Of a stretch of 64,000 nucleotides of DNA, positions 58,551-64,000 are shown in pieces. The notes beneath the pieces were generated by a model that had not been told where the DNA came from, made no database searches, and saw nothing but the letters and a program-made list of their open reading frames with translations. Source of the DNA: Methanocellales archaeon (GTDB taxonomy: Archaea; Halobacteriota; JAWCLZ01). How positions within the stretch are numbered: position 1 is the stretch's first letter; each line of letters begins with the position of its first letter. Where the stretch lies: positions 10,084 to 74,083 of the forward strand of contig JAWCLZ010000005.1 of NCBI GenBank assembly GCA_038850275.1, written 5' to 3'. A program made the translations under genes and the position numbers.

Positions 58551-59627
58551 TTACATTCTTCTAATTGGCTTATAACTTTTTATGCTACAGGAGTGCTTAT
58601 AGCTACATCCTCCACAATTCCTAGGATGGGTTTTACATCCATGATAATGAGCAAATGACCCAGCGATTCTTGCTCCAGGATGTTTATAAATCTGCTTTTG
58701 CTCTTTAATGAAGCTTGTATTATAACCTCTAATATCACTTCTCCCAGCCCAGTATGCATTTTCAATGCCAGCCCTATGAGCTATCTCCACAGCAGCTTGC
58801 AGTAGGTCTAGAGAGGCACCTCTATGTTTATCCAAAACGAAGTTGGGTCTGAAGGCTAAAAAGCAAACTGGAAGATTTAAGTCAAGGGAGGCGATGAAGC
58901 GACATATATCCTTAATTTCCTCTATATCTATGATTTCAGGAATGATTAGGATGCGAAATTCCCATAGCTTTTCTCTAGCATATTTAGCTATATATTCTGC
59001 ATTTCTAAGCACCGGCTCAACTGGTGCACCAGTTAATGCTCTATGAACCTCTTCATTATAAGCTTTGATGTCATAGGTAATGGAGGTTGTAAACTTGAGC
59101 ATCCTCTTAAGGGATTCCTTAGTGAGAAAACCATTGGTATCGAAGTTAACCTTTGTACTTGGATCTACCTCCCTAGCTATCTTCACGATTTCCTCGATAT
59201 ATGGCAAATGAATCGTTGGCTCTCCTCCTGAGAAGAAAATTCGATCTGCTCTAATCATTCTACCAATTGGCGATTTAATCATAGCAAGGGCTTCATTAGC
59301 TATCACTTCAGGATGTACATATCCAATTGGAAAGTTTTTTTGATCAGGGTAATGAGCAATTATATAATTCTGGCAATTGAGACAGCGGAAATTGCAGCCA
59401 GCTGTGAAAATAGTATAACTTTGAGGCGGCGCTGGATGTAGCTGGCAAGAGGCAACCATTGGGAGCGCGATTCGGCATACTCCAAGCTCGCCGTTAATTC
59501 TATTCACACCGCATTTCCACTCACATAGCTTGCAGTTCTCAAATTCTCTATACATATACCTTGGTATCAAATATTTATTAAATCGATGTATATATATTGA
59601 AAATAACTTGAAAAATACTGAAAACAC
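58551..59627 (-). CDS. AmmeMemoRadiSam-system-type radical SAM enzyme (PFL-activase-like)
   Basis: Radical SAM motif FTAGCNFRCLNCQN (CNFRC..CQN), an N-terminal extra Cys cluster CKLCEWKCGV ... GVCR and a GGEP motif. 358 aa. Confidence 0.65.
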   Translation of the reverse strand: MFSVFFKLFSIYIHRFNKYLIPRYMYREFENCKLCEWKCGVNRINGELGVCRIALPMVASCQLHPAPPQSYTIFTAGCNFRCLNCQNYIIAHYPDQKNFPIGYVHPEVIANEALAMIKSPIGRMIRADRIFFSGGEPTIHLPYIEEIVKIAREVDPSTKVNFDTNGFLTKESLKRMLKFTTSITYDIKAYNEEVHRALTGAPVEPVLRNAEYIAKYAREKLWEFRILIIPEIIDIEEIKDICRFIASLDLNLPVCFLAFRPNFVLDKHRGASLDLLQAAVEIAHRAGIENAYWAGRSDIRGYNTSFIKEQKQIYKHPGARIAGSFAHYHGCKTHPRNCGGCSYKHSCSIKSYKPIRRM

Positions 59628-59658
59628 TTTAAAAATACTGAAAAATTCTCAGTGAGAA

Positions 59659-60957
59659 GTGATGACTCAAATTGAAGCTGCGAAGAAGGGCGAGATAACC
59701 GAGGAAATGAAAAACGTAGCCTCAGAAGAAGGACTCACGCCAGAAGTGATAATGCGTGGTGTTGCAAAGGGATACATTGTTATCCCTAGGAATATAGCTA
59801 GAAAGGAAAAAATCAAGGTATGTGGGATTGGAGAGGGATTAAGGGTTAAAGTAAATGCAAATATTGGAACCTCGCCTGAGATATGCGATGTTGAGATCGA
59901 GATTGCAAAAGCAAAAACAGCTATGGATGCTGGAGCGGATACCATCATGGATCTTAGCACTGGTGGGGATTTAAATCGAATCAGGAGAACACTGCTGCAA
60001 GCTGCACCTATTCCCTTGGGCACGGTACCAATTTATCAAGCAGCAATTGAAGCACAACGCGCTAAAGGAGCCATTATCCATATGAACGAGGATGATATCT
60101 TCAATGCAATTGAAGAACACGCAAAGGATGGAGTGGATTTCATGACTGTCCACTGCGGCGTTACCAAGGAAAGCCTAGATCGCCTTATTCGCCAGAATAG
60201 ATTGCTAGGCATCGTCAGCAGGGGTGGTACTTTTCTCGCTGCTTGGATTAAGCATAATGAGCGAGAGAACCCACTTTATGAGAACTATGATTATCTCCTT
60301 GAAATCGCTAGAGAATACGATGTAACCCTTAGCTTGGGCGATGGGCTTAGACCAGGCTGCCTCTATGATGCCACTGATAGACCTCAAGTTCAAGAACTGC
60401 TTATACTTGGCGAGCTAGTGGAGAGAGCTAGAAATGCAGGGGTTCAAGCAATGGTTGAGGGACCAGGGCATTTGCCTTTAGACCAAGTGGATATGAATGT
60501 GAAGCTTGAGAAGAGCATTTGCAGAAATGCACCTTTCTACGTGCTTGGACCTATAGTTACAGATGTAGCCCCAGGATATGATCACATCGTTGGTGCTATT
60601 GGGGGTGCTATTGCCGCGATAGCTGGGGCTGATTTCCTTTGCTATGTAACCCCAGCTGAGCACATTGCACTGCCAAGCGCTGAGGATGTTAGAGAAGGAG
60701 TAATTGTTACTCGAATTGCTGCACACGTTGCTGATCTAGTCAAGCGCAGGGAAATCGCTTCTAAGTGGGACTTTGAAATGTCAAAGGCAAGAGCAGAGCT
60801 TAAATGGGAGGAGCAATTCAAACTAGCTCTAGATCCTGAGAAGATTGAGAGGATTAGAAGGGAGAGAATGCCCAAAAAAGCTACAGAGGTTTGCACGATG
60901 TGCGGCGAGTTCTGCGCCATAAAACTACTCAGCAAATATTTCAAGGCCCAGCATTGA
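59659..60957 (+). CDS. thiC: phosphomethylpyrimidine synthase ThiC
   Basis: 432 aa with the C-terminal [11 protein letters not shown] Fe-S motif. There is overall ThiC identity throughout ([14 protein letters not shown]). Confidence 0.9.
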   Translation: MMTQIEAAKKGEITEEMKNVASEEGLTPEVIMRGVAKGYIVIPRNIARKEKIKVCGIGEGLRVKVNANIGTSPEICDVEIEIAKAKTAMDAGADTIMDLSTGGDLNRIRRTLLQAAPIPLGTVPIYQAAIEAQRAKGAIIHMNEDDIFNAIEEHAKDGVDFMTVHCGVTKESLDRLIRQNRLLGIVSRGGTFLAAWIKHNERENPLYENYDYLLEIAREYDVTLSLGDGLRPGCLYDATDRPQVQELLILGELVERARNAGVQAMVEGPGHLPLDQVDMNVKLEKSICRNAPFYVLGPIVTDVAPGYDHIVGAIGGAIAAIAGADFLCYVTPAEHIALPSAEDVREGVIVTRIAAHVADLVKRREIASKWDFEMSKARAELKWEEQFKLALDPEKIERIRRERMPKKATEVCTMCGEFCAIKLLSKYFKAQH

Positions 60958-61104
60958 TCACCAGTCCATTATTTTCTCGCTTCCTGCTCCACATCTTGGG
61001 CACTTCTCTGGCTTGCAGGTCCCTCGAGTTGCATAGGGGCAACTTCCAGGTTTGCACTCAATATGCACTATGTAGCCGCAGATGGTGCATTTAAACATTG
61101 GCAT
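60958..61104 (-). CDS. unannotated rubredoxin-like small Cys-rich protein, 48 aa
   Basis: MPMFKCTICGYIVHIECKPGSCPYATRGTCKPEKCPRCGAGSEKIMDW has the CxxCGY ... CPxCGA rubredoxin knuckles. It is the first gene of the minus-strand O2-detox cluster. Confidence 0.55.
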   Translation of the reverse strand: MPMFKCTICGYIVHIECKPGSCPYATRGTCKPEKCPRCGAGSEKIMDW

Positions 61105-61149
61105 TCTCTTTACCTACTGTTAAAAATAAAAAGATAAAAATAAAAATTT

Positions 61150-61587
61150 TCAAACTTCTTCAAGCATCGTTGTGAAAACATCGTGATGCTCTTCCTCATC
61201 CTCTAGTATTTCCTTGAAAATAAAAGCAGTGGTAATATCCCCCTCGCTTTCAGCTTGCTTGATTATTTGCTTATAAAGTGCTATCGCATCCTCCTCGGCC
61301 TTAGCATCTATTTCTAAAAATTCCTTCAAATTATTACCAATTTTTATCTCACTGGGTTTCGTGGTTGGAGTTCCAGTTAAATACCAAAGTCTCTCAGCGA
61401 TCTTCTCCGCATGCTGCATTTCTGTAATCGCAGTTTTCTTGAAAATATCTCCAACTGCAACTGCTTTAACCCCTGTGACTTGCACGTGCTGCCACATATA
61501 TTGAATACTAACAGCTATTTCCCTAGCAATGGCTTCATTCAACATCTGCTTCAACTTATCGCTTATTTTAGTTGCAGGTTCAATCAA
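61150..61587 (-). CDS. ferritin-like di-iron domain protein
   Basis: 145 aa four-helix-bundle pattern with ExxH-type ligand pairs (ITEMQHAEKIAERL, EEDAIALYKQ, EDEEEHHDVF). Confidence 0.55.
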   Translation of the reverse strand: MIEPATKISDKLKQMLNEAIAREIAVSIQYMWQHVQVTGVKAVAVGDIFKKTAITEMQHAEKIAERLWYLTGTPTTKPSEIKIGNNLKEFLEIDAKAEEDAIALYKQIIKQAESEGDITTAFIFKEILEDEEEHHDVFTTMLEEV

Positions 61588-61625
61588 ATTTATAATCCCC
61601 TTTTTTCTCTCAAACTTCTTCCCAG

Positions 61626-62813
61626 TTATACTTTTCCTTTAACTTGATTAGCTATCTTTCTACCGAACTCAAAGCACTCTTTTAATTCGCTCTCGCTTGG
61701 TATCCATTGCAAGCGAAGAGGCTCAATGGTTTGGAAGCCAGCTTCTTCAAGGCGCTTATTTACTGCGCTTGGTGCTTCTCCACTCCAACCATAGGATCCA
61801 AAGGCACTTGCTTTTTTACCCTTGAATCTCAAGCCTTTGATGTACTCTAGGAATCCAGCAACGCTGGGATAAATAGCATTGTTAATCGTAGGGGTTCCAA
61901 TGAGTAAAGCTCTAGAGAATTTAATTTCCTTCACGATCTCGCTCCAGTCAGACTTTCTAAGATGGAATAGCTGCGTGCTCACGCCCTCGCTTGCTATGCC
62001 ATCTGAGATTGCAATTGCCATTTTCTCAGTGCTCTGCCACATTGTATCAAAAACTATTACAACTTTATCCCTATGCACTCCCTTGCTCCACTCAATATAT
62101 GCATTCACAATTTGCAGAGCATTCTCCCGCCAAATAACACCGTGGCTAGGTGCAATTATCTTAGGAGCAATCCCTAGAGCTGTGATTTTTTCAACTGCCT
62201 TTGGAATTAAAGCTGAATATGGCTCGAGGATATTTGCATAGTACTTCGCTGCTTCATCAAGGATATCAATATCTTTAACTTCATCATTGAATCGCTTTGA
62301 AGTTGCAATATGCTGCCCAAAGGCATCGCTTGAGAGTAAAATTTGATCTTCAATGAGATAGCATATCATGCTATCTGGCCAGTGGAGCATTGGTATTTCA
62401 GCAAATTTTAAGGTTTTCCTGCCTAGTTTTAATTCATCGCCTGTTTTCACCACTTGAAAATCCCACTCTTGCTGATAATGCTTTTTCAAGCCTTCCTTTC
62501 CCTTAGCACTGCATACAACCTTTGCCCCCTCGGCGATTTTTAGAATATCAGGTAATGCTCCTGAGTGATCCATTTCCACGTGATTAGAAATGACATAGTC
62601 GATCTTCTTTGGGTCTATAACATCTTTAATTCTAGCGAGCATTTCACTTGCAAATCCATGTTTAACAGTATCCACCAGCGCTATTTTCTCATCGAGGATT
62701 AAATAGGCATTGTAGCTAGTGCCACGGGGGGTTTTATAGCCGTGGAAATCGCGTATATTCCAGTCAATCGCCCCAACCCAAAATATTCCCTCGGTGATTT
62801 TAACTGCCTTCAT
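61626..62813 (-). CDS. fprA: flavodiiron protein (FprA-type, MBL + flavodoxin domains)
   Basis: Di-iron site HVEMDHSGA in the MBL domain and a C-terminal flavodoxin domain (LIGTPTINNAIYP). Confidence 0.85.
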   Translation of the reverse strand: MKAVKITEGIFWVGAIDWNIRDFHGYKTPRGTSYNAYLILDEKIALVDTVKHGFASEMLARIKDVIDPKKIDYVISNHVEMDHSGALPDILKIAEGAKVVCSAKGKEGLKKHYQQEWDFQVVKTGDELKLGRKTLKFAEIPMLHWPDSMICYLIEDQILLSSDAFGQHIATSKRFNDEVKDIDILDEAAKYYANILEPYSALIPKAVEKITALGIAPKIIAPSHGVIWRENALQIVNAYIEWSKGVHRDKVVIVFDTMWQSTEKMAIAISDGIASEGVSTQLFHLRKSDWSEIVKEIKFSRALLIGTPTINNAIYPSVAGFLEYIKGLRFKGKKASAFGSYGWSGEAPSAVNKRLEEAGFQTIEPLRLQWIPSESELKECFEFGRKIANQVKGKV

Positions 62814-62827
62814 ATCATCGCCTTATT

Positions 62828-63394
62828 CTAGTAGTTTTCACAGAGCAGTTCGAAATAGTTCTTAGGATGTCTGCAGTTGGGGCACTCCTCTGGAGCAGAT
62901 TTGCCCTCGTGTATATATCCGCAGTTTCTGCATTTCCACTTTCTCTCGCTCTCTTTCTCGAATACTTGAGCTTTCTTTAAATTCGCTAGTAGTGCTCTAT
63001 ATCTCTTTTCATGAAACTCCTCCACCTCGGCAACTTCTTTGAAGAACTTCGCAGCATCTTTAAATCCCTCTTTAATTGCCACTTTTTCAAACTCAGGATA
63101 CATCTCTGACCATTCATAGTGCTCTCCAGCTATTGCAGTTTCTAGGTTTTTAGCTGTGTCGCTCCATTCGCCTAGTAACTTCCAGATCATTTTCGCGTGT
63201 TCTTTTTCATGATCAGCTGTTTCCTCGAAGATAGCTGCTATTTGCTCATAGCCAGCTTCTCTAGCTATTTTAGCGAAGTAGGTATACTTGTTCCTAGCTT
63301 GACTCTCCCCAGCGAATGCTTTCCAAAGATTTTTCTCAGTTTCCGATCCTTTCTTCACAGGTTCTGGGTCAGAAACAGTTAATGGATCTTTCAT
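62828..63394 (-). CDS. rbr: rubrerythrin (ferritin-like di-iron domain + C-terminal rubredoxin domain)
   Basis: ExxH motifs ([19 protein letters not shown]) and the C-terminal [10 protein letters not shown] ... [11 protein letters not shown]. Confidence 0.85.
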   Translation of the reverse strand: MKDPLTVSDPEPVKKGSETEKNLWKAFAGESQARNKYTYFAKIAREAGYEQIAAIFEETADHEKEHAKMIWKLLGEWSDTAKNLETAIAGEHYEWSEMYPEFEKVAIKEGFKDAAKFFKEVAEVEEFHEKRYRALLANLKKAQVFEKESERKWKCRNCGYIHEGKSAPEECPNCRHPKNYFELLCENY

Positions 63395-63456
63395 TCATAA
63401 CACCTCAAACGTAATAATTTTATACTAGTACATTTTTATATAGATTTCGTAAAAAT

Positions 63457-63921
63457 ATGGGAAAAAAAATGCAAAAATTATCCGAAAATAGGATAATCGA
63501 TGCTCTTGATATGAAAATTCTAAAGCTCCTTGAGGAGGATGGTAGAGCTTCATTTTCTGAAATTGCTGAGAAGTTAAAATTAAATGAATCCACTGTTAGA
63601 AAAAGGATTATAAGATTAAAGGCAAAGCAAGTTATAAAAAAATTTTCAATCGAAATAGACCCCTCTAAGATTGGCCTCAATACAGTTGCTATCATTGGAA
63701 TAGATGTCGAGCCTGCGAAACTCTTGGAAGTAGCACAGAAAATTTGCGAGATACCTGAAACTAGATACGTGGCTACTTCAACTGGGGATCATATGATTTT
63801 AACTGAAATTTGGGCAAAAGATGGAAGAGCACTCACCAACTTAATCTCCAATGAAATTGGGAAAATAGAGGGTATAAAAAAGATTTGCCCTGCGATAATA
63901 TTGGAGAAGTTAAAGGGCTAG
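63457..63921 (+). CDS. Lrp/AsnC-family transcriptional regulator
   Basis: HTH (ILKLLEEDGRASFSEIAEKLKLNESTVRKRIIRL) plus a RAM domain. Transcribed divergently from rubrerythrin. Confidence 0.8.
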   Translation: MGKKMQKLSENRIIDALDMKILKLLEEDGRASFSEIAEKLKLNESTVRKRIIRLKAKQVIKKFSIEIDPSKIGLNTVAIIGIDVEPAKLLEVAQKICEIPETRYVATSTGDHMILTEIWAKDGRALTNLISNEIGKIEGIKKICPAIILEKLKG

Positions 63922-63936
63922 GACTAGAGGCGTAGA

Positions 63937-64000
63937 TATGCTCTTTAAAATTATGGGAGAGGGAGAACCAGTAAAGGTATTCCTCGGTGGAGTGCACGGG
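63937..64000 (+). CDS. 5' end of an unidentified gene running off the window
   Basis: ATG at 63937, MLFKIMGEGEPVKVFLGGVHG; the open frame continues to the window edge. Confidence 0.3.

Noticed and set aside
1-64000. Search for CRISPR arrays, IS elements or integrases, rRNA, and additional tRNAs
   Set aside because: There are no regularly spaced 25-40 bp direct repeats, no transposase- or integrase-like ORFs, and no terminal inverted repeats flanking a cargo. I found no rRNA-like conserved stretches and no second cloverleaf. The only other repeats are the three short tandem repeats reported above.

Overview
This 64 kb window is a densely coded archaeal chromosomal segment with about 85 genes on both strands and essentially no non-coding islands. 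It is archaeal on internal evidence: an intron-containing tRNA, the exosome 'superoperon', archaeal CobY, Pth2, Pop5/Rpp30, archaeal-type RPA, archease-RtcB and a polyferredoxin. I found no rRNA, no CRISPR array and no recognisable transposon or integrase.

Housekeeping genes: leuS, pyrH, thiC, pdxS, uppS, a UbiA-family prenyltransferase and a geranylgeranyl reductase (membrane-lipid biosynthesis), cobS/cobY, an RPA41/RPA32 pair, an XPD-like helicase 3' fragment at the left edge, and an Opp-type ABC transporter lacking its binding protein. The exosome block reads rpoP-L37ae-Rrp42-Rrp41-Rrp4-SBDS-proteasome alpha-Pop5-Rpp30-DUF54-L15e.

Accessory or regulatory modules:
- An operon of five consecutive CBS-domain-only proteins (7227-11209).
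- A six-gene MoxR / DUF58 / double-vWA (Bat-like) membrane operon (12750-20325).
- Two Walker-A-degenerate KaiC/RadA-like pseudo-ATPases, one fused to a Ras-like small GTPase, directly upstream of a stomatin/NfeD pair (29429-33443). This is the best candidate here for an undescribed signalling system.
- An O2-detoxification cluster of rubredoxin-like, ferritin-like, flavodiiron and rubrerythrin genes next to an Lrp regulator (60958-63921).
- A lone AmmeMemoRadiSam-type radical SAM enzyme (58551-59627).

Three small Zn-ribbon genes are missed by the ORF track: rpoP, a rubredoxin-like gene, and a 56-aa C4 ribbon. There are three perfect or near-perfect short tandem repeats at gene boundaries or inside genes.
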